From positions 1-34,871 of the forward strand of contig CAYHGJ010000002.1 in assembly GCA_964356235.1 (NCBI GenBank): DNA of 34,871 nt, given 5' to 3'. The notes beneath the pieces are model-generated. The model was not told the DNA's origin. It searched no databases and was given only the letters and a program-made list of their open reading frames with translations. The first letter of the stretch is position 1. Every line of letters begins with the position of its first letter. The stretch is from an uncultured Candidatus Saccharibacteria bacterium. GTDB taxonomy: Bacteria > Patescibacteriota > Minisyncoccia > Phycocordibacterales > CAYHGJ01. Below are positions 1-8,218 of this stretch, piece by piece. Position numbers and translations under genes: made by a program.

Positions 1-133
1 TTTCCCCAGAAAATTGTTTCCGCAAAACTTCGTCCGCATTGTTTCAGATTTCTTCGTCAGGATTGCTTTCAAAAAAGGTTCGAATTTTGTACAATGAATA
101 CCGCCAATACTAAAATCGATACGCAAGCCCGTT

Positions 134-370
134 TTACAAAGTTGTTTTTGGCCTTTCTTCAATAGAAAGCGAGCTCTTTTTGGCCACAAAGAAAATATAA
201 TATATTTCTAGTAAACCAAGTGTGTTTATAAGCAAAAGTGCTATAAACCACCACCTATGATGAAGTCTGGCAGACTTCCAAAGAGCGACCCCTTTCCATG
301 GAATAGTCCAGATGGCGGCGATAACCACTACCCAAAGCAACCATGGTTTCTCTAAAATTAACTGTTCCAT
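134..370 (-). CDS. small two-helix membrane protein, family uncertain
   Basis: 78-aa ORF with two hydrophobic helices (LLWVVVIAAIW and WWFIALLLINTLGLL), a WKGVALWKSA motif and a TAA stop. Confidence 0.45.
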   Translation of the reverse strand: MEQLILEKPWLLWVVVIAAIWTIPWKGVALWKSARLHHRWWFIALLLINTLGLLEIYYIFFVAKKSSLSIEERPKTTL

Positions 371-520
371 GCGGACAATGTAGCAAAAATAGACCCCTTT
401 TTGAAGAGGTCTGTTTTAGAGGGCCCCTTTCTTCATAAATGAAAATGCTTTTGATACAATTAAAGAAATACAAATCTAAATGATATATAGAAAACACACA
501 CAACAAAAAGGTTTACCCGT

Positions 521-646
521 ACACCAAAGATGGTATTGCGCGAGCAAGGTTTTTGCTAAAATTTATATCCAGAGTATTTCAAATGAACAAAACTAGTCAT
601 ATAAAATGTAGTAACGCGCAGAAAAAACAGATACCATCTTTGGTGT
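521..646 (+). promoter_or_regulatory. Long-range inverted repeat enclosing the pilin translation start
   Basis: ACACCAAAGATGGTAT (521-536) is the exact reverse complement of ATACCATCTTTGGTGT (631-646). It is extended by TGCGCG (537-542) pairing with CGCGCA (615-620). The enclosed loop holds the ATG at 583. Confidence 0.8.
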
Positions 647-1056
647 CCGGATTTACTCTAATAGAACTGATGGTGGTTATTGCTCTTATAGGCATATTGG
701 CCTCTGTTATTTTGGCCTCATTTTCATCTGTTAGAGAAAGAAACAGGGACAGTAAAAGATTATCGGATGTGCGAGAAATACAAAAAGCCCTCTCCTTGTA
801 TCAAATAGACAATGGCCGTTTCCCCGCCCCGACAAATCCAACGGAGATAGTCACCATAACAGGAGAAGATGAAATATCGCTTGCCCTAGAAGAAGGAGGC
901 CATATAAGCGCCGTACCGAAGGACCCACAACACGACACCCTTTCTTACACATACCAGGCAGATGAAAACGGATACGATTTCACAATAACTTTTTGCCTTG
1001 AAACAAACACAATAAGAAGCTTTGAGCAAGGTTGTGGCAACTCAATAAAACCATAA
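583..1056 (+). CDS. type IV pilin-like protein (prepilin N-terminal cleavage/methylation domain)
   Basis: Class III signal: basic leader then G|FTLIELMVVIALIGILASVIL. The ORF opens at TTG 553; ATG 583 is the more likely start. TAA stop. Confidence 0.8.
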   Translation: MNKTSHIKCSNAQKKQIPSLVSGFTLIELMVVIALIGILASVILASFSSVRERNRDSKRLSDVREIQKALSLYQIDNGRFPAPTNPTEIVTITGEDEISLALEEGGHISAVPKDPQHDTLSYTYQADENGYDFTITFCLETNTIRSFEQGCGNSIKP

Positions 1057-1070
1057 TACATAATAAACAA

Positions 1071-1529
1071 ATGGAGCAAGATTTTATAAGATGGAACGCA
1101 TACGAAAACAATGACCCCAGCCATCCAGATGACTGGTATTGGGCCTTGGCTATTCTATCTGTCGCTTTCGCTTTGACGGCCATTATTTTAGGAAATATGA
1201 TTTTCGCCGTTCTTATCATAGTAAGTGCTTTTTCTATCGCCCTACACTCAAAAAAGGCCCCTGATATTTATGAATTTGAGTTAAACACAAAAGGTGTCCG
1301 TATAAACGATAAAATGTACCCCTACCAGACACTTGAAGCTTTTTGGGTGGAAGAAGAGTTTAATCCACAAATAATCCTCCGCTCAACTAAAAAACTTATG
1401 CCTTATATATTCATCCCCCTTGGAGACGAGGATATAAATCTAGTCAGAAATTATCTTGTGCAAGTCTTGGACGAAGAACCAATGAGAGAGTCTCTTCTCC
1501 ATAAGATCGCAGAGTTTCTTGGTTTTTAA
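1071..1529 (+). CDS. hypothetical membrane protein
   Basis: ORF 1032-1529, with ATG 1071 (MEQDFIRW...) chosen to avoid overlap with the pilin gene. Two adjacent TM helices (WYWALAILSVAFALTAIILGNMIFAVLIIVSAF). A terminator follows. Confidence 0.5.
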   Translation: MEQDFIRWNAYENNDPSHPDDWYWALAILSVAFALTAIILGNMIFAVLIIVSAFSIALHSKKAPDIYEFELNTKGVRINDKMYPYQTLEAFWVEEEFNPQIILRSTKKLMPYIFIPLGDEDINLVRNYLVQVLDEEPMRESLLHKIAEFLGF

Positions 1530-1563
1530 AATATTAAACAACATTAAACAACAAGTATGATGT

Positions 1564-1588
1564 GGGATTTCTATAATCCCCTTTTTTA
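1564..1588 (+). terminator. intrinsic terminator
   Basis: GGGATT-tctat-AATCCC followed by CTTTTTT. Confidence 0.6.
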
Positions 1589-1610
1589 TATTATGATAGC
1601 CATACAAATT

Positions 1611-1682
1611 GCTCTCGTCGTTCAACGGATAGGACATATCTTTGCGGAAGATAAAATAGAGGTTCGATTCCTCTCGAGAGCA
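1611..1682 (+). tRNA. tRNA-Arg, anticodon GCG
   Basis: Hand-folded cloverleaf. Acceptor GCTCTCG/CGAGAGC, D stem GTTC/GGAC, anticodon stem TATCT/AGATA, loop TTGCGGA (U33, GCG, G37), T arm AGAGG-TTCGATT-CCTCT, discriminator A. No encoded CCA. Confidence 0.85.
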
Positions 1683-1696
1683 CAAAAGACACAAAC

Positions 1697-1718
1697 ATCC
1701 CGCCTGCGCGGGATTTTG
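1697..1718 (+). terminator. intrinsic terminator after tRNA-Arg
   Basis: ATCCCGC-ctgc-GCGGGAT followed by TTTTG. An outer GCACAAAAG / CTTTTGTGC pairing surrounds it. Confidence 0.6.
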
Positions 1719-1981
1719 TGCTTTTGTGCTAGGCGCAAGTATATTTTTGTTTTGGCGAAACCAAAGGCAAAAATACTGAGCCGGGGTCGCGAGATTTTTC
1801 CGTCAGGAAAAATACTTGTGGCCACAACCATTTTGAAATTTTGCGAGTGACGACGAGCAAAATATCCCTGACCACAAGATTCAAGAAAAACCATCAGGCC
1901 AAAAGTTTTGATTTAAAAATTTTCATAAAATACAAAAATACATTTGGCATTCGCTTTTGAAAAAGTTAGAATATAACCACC

Positions 1982-2248
1982 ATGAGCAATAACCGTGCAG
2001 AGATGCCTAAAAACGGACCAGGGTCAAACGAAGCCCCTATGAAACTTACAGAAGAGAGGGTGTTGGCGATTGTGGAAAAATTTAATGACCCAAGAATAGA
2101 CACGAAAGAACATCCAGAATATTTTAGTATTCATCTAAATAACAAGGTAGTTCGTATCCCAAAATGGGAATACATACTATATGAAAAAAGACAAAAGATA
2201 AGTATTGAGGATGAGATAAAACAAACCTTAAATCAGGAGCCTCTCTAA
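1982..2248 (+). CDS. hypothetical protein
   Basis: 88-aa ORF. Upstream TTGGCA-17 nt-TAGAAT promoter-like sequence at about 1944-1972. A hairpin region lies downstream. Confidence 0.4.
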   Translation: MSNNRAEMPKNGPGSNEAPMKLTEERVLAIVEKFNDPRIDTKEHPEYFSIHLNNKVVRIPKWEYILYEKRQKISIEDEIKQTLNQEPL

Positions 2249-2315
2249 AGGTTCCTAAAACAAAAATCCCCCTCCGCCTTCGTTAAAACTTTGGCGAGAC
2301 AAGGGAGGATTTTGT

Positions 2316-2579
2316 TTATTTTGATTTATTAACTTTGGCAGAAAGTTTAGATTTTTTTCTTGCTGCTGTGTTTTTCTTTATCACTCCTCTTTTTGTTGCT
2401 TTATCTATGGCCTTGTAGGCTCTAGAAAGTGCCTCTATCGCCTCTTTCTTCTTGCCTTCTTTTACAAACCTCTCCACTTCCTTAAAAGCAGACTTCATAT
2501 TGTCCTTACGGTGCAAATTGGATTCTCTCCTCTTCTTTGAAGCGCGGAGCGCCTTTTTTGCTGATTTTGTGATTGGCAT
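2316..2579 (-). CDS. rpsT: 30S ribosomal protein S20
   Basis: MPITKSAKKALRASKKRRESNLHRK... is typical lysine-rich, all-helical S20. Confidence 0.9.
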   Translation of the reverse strand: MPITKSAKKALRASKKRRESNLHRKDNMKSAFKEVERFVKEGKKKEAIEALSRAYKAIDKATKRGVIKKNTAARKKSKLSAKVNKSK

Positions 2580-2646
2580 TTTATTATTTATCTATTTTTT
2601 GACCTACCCAAACTAACACATAAGGACAAAAAAAACAATGCCTCCA

Positions 2647-2691
2647 AACTTTAAGAACTTTATAAACTTTATAAACTTGCTAAACTATTGG
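2647..2691 (+). repeat. five tandem 9-mers (AACTTTAAG AACTTTATA AACTTTATA AACTTGCTA AACTATTGG) ending 1 nt before the ruvA ATG
   Basis: Direct reading. Positions 2648-2667 are the exact reverse complement of 9472-9491 (a 20-mer). Confidence 0.85.
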
Positions 2692-2692
2692 T

Positions 2693-3262
2693 ATGATTTC
2701 AATGATTTCCGGCAAAATAATACATAAGGACTTTTCCTATGTAATCATAGATTGTGCTGGTGTGGGCTACAAGGTCTTTACTACCCCAGACACCCAAGAT
2801 AAACTGATAAACAAAAACGAGACTTCGCTCTGGACACACCTGGCAGTGCGAGAAAATGCTCTCGATTTATATGGTTTTCTAAACAAACAAGACCTTGATT
2901 TTTTCTCTTTACTTATAACAATTTCTGGCATAGGACCAAAATCAGCGCTTGGGATACTCTCTGTCGCATCTGTTGGGGTCCTTAGAAAAGCCATTTCATC
3001 CGAGGACACATCATATTTGGTAAAAGTCTCTGGTATAGGCAAAAAGAGTGCGGACAAAATAGTGCTTGAACTCAAAGACAAGCTTGGTAAAGAGTATGAA
3101 TCAGATGGCACAACTCTAAAAGAAGAATCCGATGTTGTGGAAACGCTCAAAACTCTCGGTTACAAATCATATGAGATAAGAGAGGCCTTGAAAAAAATGC
3201 CAAAGGACGCATCCGGAACAAGTCAAAGGGTAAAAGAGGCATTAAAAATTTTAGGCAAATAA
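2693..3262 (+). CDS. ruvA: Holliday junction DNA helicase subunit RuvA
   Basis: N-terminal OB domain (GKIIHKDFSYVIIDCAGVGYKVFTT), HhH motifs (ISGIGPKSALGIL, VSGIGKKSADKIVLEL) and a C-terminal domain III. Confidence 0.9.
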   Translation: MISMISGKIIHKDFSYVIIDCAGVGYKVFTTPDTQDKLINKNETSLWTHLAVRENALDLYGFLNKQDLDFFSLLITISGIGPKSALGILSVASVGVLRKAISSEDTSYLVKVSGIGKKSADKIVLELKDKLGKEYESDGTTLKEESDVVETLKTLGYKSYEIREALKKMPKDASGTSQRVKEALKILGK

Positions 3263-3264
3263 AA

Positions 3265-4095
3265 ATGACAAGCGAAATTCTGCGAGTCATAAAAAAAATA
3301 CTGCCAGAGAAGCTCTTTAAGTTTTTCCAACCGACATATCATTATCTTCTTTCTTTTGCGGGAGCACTTTTTTATGGTTTTCCATCAAGAAAAATAAAAG
3401 TGATAGCGGTCACTGGCACAAAAGGTAAATCCACATCTGTTGAAATGATTAATACTATTTTTGAGGAGGCAGGATATCAAACAGCAGTTGCAAGCACTAT
3501 CCGTTTCAAGATAAAAAGTAAAAGTCAGAGAAACCTATACAAGATGACAATGCCTGGTAGGTTTGTGATGCAAAAATTTCTACGCGATGCCCTAAAAGTG
3601 AAGTGTGATTTTGCCATCATAGAAATGACCTCTGAGGGAGTGAAGCAATTTAGACACAAATTTATATACCTTGATGCTCTTCTTTTTACAAACATTTCTC
3701 CGGAGCATATAGAGTCCCATGGCTCATTTGAAAAATACTTGAAGGCAAAATTAAAAATCGCTGAGGCTCTCAACAATTCTCCCAAAAAAGACAAGCGGCT
3801 TGTGGTGAACGAAGATGATGAAAACTCTCAAAAATTTATAGACAAAGCAAAAAACGCAAGGGTGTTTTCATATAGCAAAAAAGCGTCAGAGCCAATTGAA
3901 ATAACCGACAATGGATCAAAATTTAACTTTCTGGGGCAAGATATTGAGAGCCCATTGCCGGGGCTATTTAACGTATACAACATGCTTGGAGCAGGAATGA
4001 TTGCCAAGTGTTTCGACATAGATCCAAAGACCATAAAGCAAGCACTTGCTAAAATCCACACCATAAAAGGGCGAGTAGAAAAAATAGACGAGTGA
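3265..4095 (+). CDS. Mur ligase family protein (MurE-like), N-terminal and central part, ends at an in-frame TGA
   Basis: P-loop VTGTKGKST, EMTSEG, and NISPEHIESHGSFEKYLKAKL (Mur ligase middle domain). Confidence 0.7.
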   Translation: MTSEILRVIKKILPEKLFKFFQPTYHYLLSFAGALFYGFPSRKIKVIAVTGTKGKSTSVEMINTIFEEAGYQTAVASTIRFKIKSKSQRNLYKMTMPGRFVMQKFLRDALKVKCDFAIIEMTSEGVKQFRHKFIYLDALLFTNISPEHIESHGSFEKYLKAKLKIAEALNNSPKKDKRLVVNEDDENSQKFIDKAKNARVFSYSKKASEPIEITDNGSKFNFLGQDIESPLPGLFNVYNMLGAGMIAKCFDIDPKTIKQALAKIHTIKGRVEKIDE

Positions 4096-4113
4096 CAAAA
4101 ATATGAGGTTGTA

Positions 4114-4569
4114 GTGGATTATGCTCACACCATAGACTCCCTAGAAAAATTGTACAGCGCTTTCCCAAATAAAAACAAAATCTGTGTGCTTGGAAACACC
4201 GGTGGAGGAAGAGATAGGTGGAAAAGAGGAGGTATGGCAAAAGTGGCTGAAAAAAACTGCTCCCATATAATACTCACAAATGAGGACCCATACGATGAAA
4301 ACCCTGAGGGGATAATAAATGACATGGCAGAGACAATAGAAGAAAAAGGAAAGCTCCAAATCATAATGGACAGAAGAGGTGCGATAGCGGAAGCTCTCAA
4401 AATAGCACAAAAAGAGACGGCAAGCCCCGATGAACATAAAAACTGGGTTATTTTGATTACAGGCAAAGGCACGGACCCTTATATAATGATAGAGGGGGGT
4501 AAAAAAATACCATGGAGTGATGAGGAGGTGGCAAGAGAAGAGATTAGAAAAATAATGAGCAAAATGTAA
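4114..4569 (+). CDS. Mur ligase family protein (MurE-like), C-terminal part, same frame as 3265-4095
   Basis: VDYAHT motif straight after the TGA at 4093-4095, then the C-terminal domain (GNTGGGRDRWKR, NEDPYDENP). Confidence 0.7.
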   Translation: MDYAHTIDSLEKLYSAFPNKNKICVLGNTGGGRDRWKRGGMAKVAEKNCSHIILTNEDPYDENPEGIINDMAETIEEKGKLQIIMDRRGAIAEALKIAQKETASPDEHKNWVILITGKGTDPYIMIEGGKKIPWSDEEVAREEIRKIMSKM

Positions 4570-4647
4570 TATTGGTGAATATATAATTCATTTTATTCAT
4601 AATAAATTAACCCCACCCCAGAATCATTTCACTCCTAAAAAATCGTC

Positions 4648-5562
4648 ATGCCTGAGCTCCCAGAAGTACAAACAACAGTAAACGGACTAAATAAAAAGGT
4701 TCGCGGTCTTGTTATAAAAGATGTTTGGACAGACTATTACAAAAAAACTGCCCTCAAAGGAAAACCTAGCATAAAAAACAAAAAGTATTTCACCAATTTT
4801 AGAAAAAAGATTAGAGGCAAAAAAATAATGGAGGCCGAGAGGTTCGGCAAAAATATAGTTATGCATCTTTTCGGAGATTTTTCTATTTTGACTCACATGA
4901 AAATGACAGGGCATTATTTATATGGAAAATATAAGTACAATAAGAGCAAGAATACTTGGTCAGCAAAAGAAAGTGGACACTTGCAAGACCCTTTCAACAA
5001 GTTCGCTCGTCTAGTTTTCACCCTATCAAACGACAAGCACCTTGTCCTTTCTGATATGAGGAGGTTCGCCAAAGTAATCCTCATCAAAACAAAGAATATC
5101 CACTTGCACGATGATATAAACTCGCTTGGGCCAAACCCTTTATCAAAAAACTTCAATTTTGCAGATTTTTATAAAATAATTTCTTCGTCCTCTGGACCAA
5201 TAAAGTCCGTTCTCATGGACCAAAGAAAAATTTCTGGCATAGGAAATATATACTCTGACGAAATACTCTGGCGAAGCAACATACATCCAAACTCAAGTCC
5301 TACCAAAATACCAAAATCATTATTTAAAAAGATGTTTTTATCTCTAAAAAAGATCCTGAAACATTCTATATCATTAGAAGGAGATTCTATGTCTGATTAT
5401 AGGACAATCACGGGCGAAAAGGGAGGCTTCCAAAACAGACACAAGGTTTACAGGAAAAAAGGAGAGGAGTGTTTAAAAATGAGATGCAGGGGAATAATAG
5501 AAAGAATCATTGTCAGGGGCAGGAGCGCTCATTTTTGCAACAAGCACCAAAAAATGTACTGA
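4648..5562 (+). CDS. mutM: formamidopyrimidine-DNA glycosylase (Fpg/MutM family)
   Basis: MPELPEV N-terminus, H2TH region (LMDQRKISGIGNIYSDEILW), C-terminal zinc-finger-like region. TGA stop at the expected end. Confidence 0.9.
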   Translation: MPELPEVQTTVNGLNKKVRGLVIKDVWTDYYKKTALKGKPSIKNKKYFTNFRKKIRGKKIMEAERFGKNIVMHLFGDFSILTHMKMTGHYLYGKYKYNKSKNTWSAKESGHLQDPFNKFARLVFTLSNDKHLVLSDMRRFAKVILIKTKNIHLHDDINSLGPNPLSKNFNFADFYKIISSSSGPIKSVLMDQRKISGIGNIYSDEILWRSNIHPNSSPTKIPKSLFKKMFLSLKKILKHSISLEGDSMSDYRTITGEKGGFQNRHKVYRKKGEECLKMRCRGIIERIIVRGRSAHFCNKHQKMY

Positions 5563-5583
5563 TGTGATAAAATTTACCCCATA

Positions 5584-6537
5584 ATGGCAGACAAAGAAGA
5601 CAAAGGAAAAAGTAGCCCAACAAATGACCTCTTTTGGGTAATAATCATATTCGTGGGCATTGCCTTTTTGTGGTTTTCTGCCGGAGGCCCAAACAAAACC
5701 AATAACAAAGACCCCTTTTTCTCTGGTTCTAAATTAGATTTGAAAACAAATAACAAAAACGACAATAATGATGAGCAAAAAGGCACAACAGAGATTGCTG
5801 ATGAAATAAAAGATGCGGAAAAAAAACTCGCAAAAATACAAAAGGAAGTAGTAAAACTTCAAGAAGAGAAAAACCGGTCGGTATTGTATGGCAAACTAAA
5901 CCTCTCCATTGCAGGGGCCGATGAAGGTTTCCAAAAAGAATACGTTAGGATATCTGTTTCGGGGTCTCTTCCCGAAAAAGTCCTCATTTCTGGCATGTCT
6001 CTTTATAGTCCCATAACTGGCAAAACTGCCATTATAGGAGGAGCCAATCCTCTGCCAAGAGTAGGGGAGGTCAATATGGAACCCCTCCTTTGGGCAGAGC
6101 CCGGGGACATTTTATATGTAAATACAGCCTCATCCCCTATTGGTGTTTCTTTTAGAACAAATCTCTGCACCGGGTATCTTGCGCAATATCAGATATTTCG
6201 CCCTAGTATGAAAGAAAACTGCCCCGCAGGAGATGATGAAGCAACATATTTGAAAACAAGTTTGGTCTTTGATAGCGCTTGTATGAATGAGCTTTCTAAA
6301 ATAAATTCTTGCGAGGTCACAAACAACCTCTCAAAGATGGGGGTCCTTTGTCAGAGTTTCGTCAGAGCCAATCTAAACTACAACGCCTGTCTGACAAACC
6401 ACTTCAAAGATACAAATTTCCCAAAAAGAGAATGGTATGTATATTTACGAAAAACTGAAGAGCTTTGGAAAAACGATGATGAAATAATAAAACTCGTTGA
6501 TAGCGAGAAAAAAACAATAGATTCTGTTTCCTATTAG
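5584..6537 (+). CDS. hypothetical membrane-anchored protein
   Basis: 317-aa ORF with an N-terminal TM helix (LFWVIIIFVGIAFLWF), a coiled-coil segment and a Cys-containing C-terminal domain. Confidence 0.5.
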   Translation: MADKEDKGKSSPTNDLFWVIIIFVGIAFLWFSAGGPNKTNNKDPFFSGSKLDLKTNNKNDNNDEQKGTTEIADEIKDAEKKLAKIQKEVVKLQEEKNRSVLYGKLNLSIAGADEGFQKEYVRISVSGSLPEKVLISGMSLYSPITGKTAIIGGANPLPRVGEVNMEPLLWAEPGDILYVNTASSPIGVSFRTNLCTGYLAQYQIFRPSMKENCPAGDDEATYLKTSLVFDSACMNELSKINSCEVTNNLSKMGVLCQSFVRANLNYNACLTNHFKDTNFPKREWYVYLRKTEELWKNDDEIIKLVDSEKKTIDSVSY

Positions 6538-6995
6538 ACACAACTATATAAAATCACACCAACTGCCACAGAAACATTTAGTGACTCCTTTTTACCAAGC
6601 ATTGGTATCTCCACCACCTCATCTACTTTTTTTAATATTTCTTTTGATAGCCCCTCTGTTTCACTTCCAAAAATAAAACACGTCTTGGTGTGTTTTTTTA
6701 ATTTTCTAAAATCAGTAGAATTTTTTTCTTGTTCCACTGCAACAATTTTAAACCCTTCTTCTCTTAGGTTTTCTATAACAGAAAAAATGTCTTTTGAGTA
6801 TTGCCAAATGATGCTTTCTTCTGCCCCCAAAGCCACCTTGGCAAAGTCTTTTCTTTTTCTCCCAAACCTATCCGTTGGAGTCGGAGTGATGCCGACAAGA
6901 TAAATCTTTGACACACCAGAAGCATCCGCCGTGCGGAAAATTGAGCCTACGTTGTAGACACTTCTTATGTTGTTTAAGATAATAGCCCTTTCCAT
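6534..6995 (-). CDS. SpoU/TrmH-family RNA 2'-O-methyltransferase
   Basis: NVGSIFRTADASGV, FIFGSETEGLS and ESLNVSVAVGVILY are the three SPOUT motifs. Confidence 0.85.
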   Translation of the reverse strand: MERAIILNNIRSVYNVGSIFRTADASGVSKIYLVGITPTPTDRFGRKRKDFAKVALGAEESIIWQYSKDIFSVIENLREEGFKIVAVEQEKNSTDFRKLKKHTKTCFIFGSETEGLSKEILKKVDEVVEIPMLGKKESLNVSVAVGVILYSCV

Positions 6996-7064
6996 ACATT
7001 ATTAATAACACAAAAAAAGCTTTTCTTCATTCATACATTTATACCATTCGCATTAATTCGTAGA

Positions 7065-7493
7065 TTGGTTTATAATTTTTATATGTTAAATCCTTTTCCA
7101 ATTCTTCTATCTTTTGGACTATTAGCCCCATTTATTCTGCGAGTGGTTGTCGGTTTTTACTTTTTAAGAACGGGATGGTCTCATATGTCCATAAACAGAC
7201 ACACTGGTGAAGAAATCGCCATATCAGAAAACAAAATGGGATCTTATTCTCCTTACATATTTTTTGGTATTGCAGGTCTTGAAGCTATTTGTGGTATTGC
7301 TCTTATTATTGGTTTTCTTACCCAAATAGCGTCTCTTATAATGGCGGTGCTATGCGTTTTGGCAATTGTGTTTAAAAATAAAGCCCCGGGGATTTTTAGA
7401 AAAAAAATTAGCTTTTATTTCCTGCTTTGTGCCATTTGTGTTTCCCTTTTGTTTTCGGGCGCCGGAATCTTCGCCTTTGACTTGGCTTTGTAA
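7065..7493 (+). CDS. DoxX-family membrane protein
   Basis: Four TM helices; LRVVVGFYFLRTGWSHM resembles the DoxX N-terminal motif. The start could be ATG 7083. Confidence 0.6.
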   Translation: MVYNFYMLNPFPILLSFGLLAPFILRVVVGFYFLRTGWSHMSINRHTGEEIAISENKMGSYSPYIFFGIAGLEAICGIALIIGFLTQIASLIMAVLCVLAIVFKNKAPGIFRKKISFYFLLCAICVSLLFSGAGIFAFDLAL

Positions 7494-7520
7494 AATTAAA
7501 CTAAGTCGAGCAAAACAAAA

Positions 7521-7538
7521 ATGGCGCTTGCGCGCCAT
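7521..7538 (-). terminator. intrinsic terminator for the minus-strand gene 7557-7967
   Basis: ATGGCGC-nnnn-GCGCCAT. On the minus strand it is followed by TTTTTGTTTTG. Confidence 0.65.
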
Positions 7539-7556
7539 ATTGAAAAGTTGACCCTT

Positions 7557-7967
7557 TCAGACCCGAACATTAAGCCGCGGATCGACAAAAAACTCTTTCG
7601 GGACTTCGGTCAGGACACATCGAGCATACCCATGACCTACAGCTGGGCCAGTCCCTTCCCCAACCCAAAAACTGTTTTCCTTTTTCTGAAAATTGTAAAA
7701 AATTGGATCGTGCCGATGAATGTAGTATTTGGTAAAAGAAAGTTGTTTTTCGTCAACTTTCACATCCACCAGCTCGGCTTCACCGTAGTGGTCAGACATA
7801 AAACCAACAAGGCGTCCTTCATCCTCTGGGTCTGGCCCAATAGCCCCAACAAAAATACTTCTTACCAAAACAGAAAAAATCATAATATTACCATTATCAA
7901 CTTTGTCAAAATAGGCCACAAAAGGCATATCATTTTTTTGGAAAAAGAAACCGTGAATGGTGTACAT
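7557..7967 (-). CDS. hypothetical protein (accessory, beside tRNA-Lys)
   Basis: 136-aa ORF. Strong SD (AAAGGAGTGAGGGAGA then ATG), an upstream TTGACA, a downstream terminator, and a GC-richer 3' half. Confidence 0.5.
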   Translation of the reverse strand: MYTIHGFFFQKNDMPFVAYFDKVDNGNIMIFSVLVRSIFVGAIGPDPEDEGRLVGFMSDHYGEAELVDVKVDEKQLSFTKYYIHRHDPIFYNFQKKENSFWVGEGTGPAVGHGYARCVLTEVPKEFFVDPRLNVRV

Positions 7968-7992
7968 TCTCCCTCACTCCTTTCCACCATTA

Positions 7993-8021
7993 TTATTACT
8001 CCATTGAGAATGATTTGTCAA
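7993..8021 (-). promoter_or_regulatory. candidate promoter for 7557-7967
   Basis: Minus strand TTGACA (8016-8021), 17-nt spacer, TAATAA (7993-7998). Confidence 0.4.
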
Positions 8022-8048
8022 TCTGATATATTGTTAAGGTTTTAATAT

Positions 8049-8121
8049 CCGCCCGTAGCTCAGTCGGTAGAGCAGCTCCCTTTTAAGGAGAGGGTCGCAG
8101 GTTCGATTCCTGCCGGGCGGA
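8049..8121 (+). tRNA. tRNA-Lys, anticodon UUU
   Basis: Aligns arm by arm with canonical bacterial tRNA-Lys: CCGCCCG TA GCTC AGTCGGTA GAGC A GCTCC CTTTTAA GGAGA GGGTC GCAGG TTCGATT CCTGC CGGGCGG A. Confidence 0.9.
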
Positions 8122-8157
8122 CCTGAATAAAATATTTGAAATGAATCCACACACAAT

Positions 8158-8185
8158 ACACATATGCGCGATAGCGCATATGTGT
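8158..8185 (+). repeat. 28-nt hairpin, copy 1 (ACACATATGCGC-GATA-GCGCATATGTGT)
   Basis: Perfect 12-bp stem with a 4-nt loop. Direct repeat of 8654-8681. Confidence 0.9.
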
Positions 8186-8218
8186 GCTAATTGTTTTATA
8201 TTGTTTTATAATCTACCT

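Noticed and set aside
1719-1981. A ~260-nt gene-free stretch after tRNA-Arg, considered as a possible known ncRNA (SRP RNA, tmRNA, 6S, RNase P RNA)
   Set aside because: I found none of the conserved motifs of these families by eye. Only short local palindromes (TTGTGGCCACAA) and a promoter-like TTGGCA-17-TAGAAT for the next ORF are present. It needs a covariance-model scan.
4093-4095. Alternative genetic code (UGA as Gly or Trp), which occurs in some candidate phyla
   Set aside because: dnaA (stop at 23385-23387) and mutM (stop at 5560-5562) both end with TGA at the positions where their families normally end. Most other genes use TAA or TAG. The standard code fits.
7521-8045. 174-aa plus-strand ORF overlapping 7557-7967
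   Set aside because: It starts inside the terminator hairpin and runs up to the tRNA-Lys gene. The minus-strand ORF has the SD, promoter and terminator.
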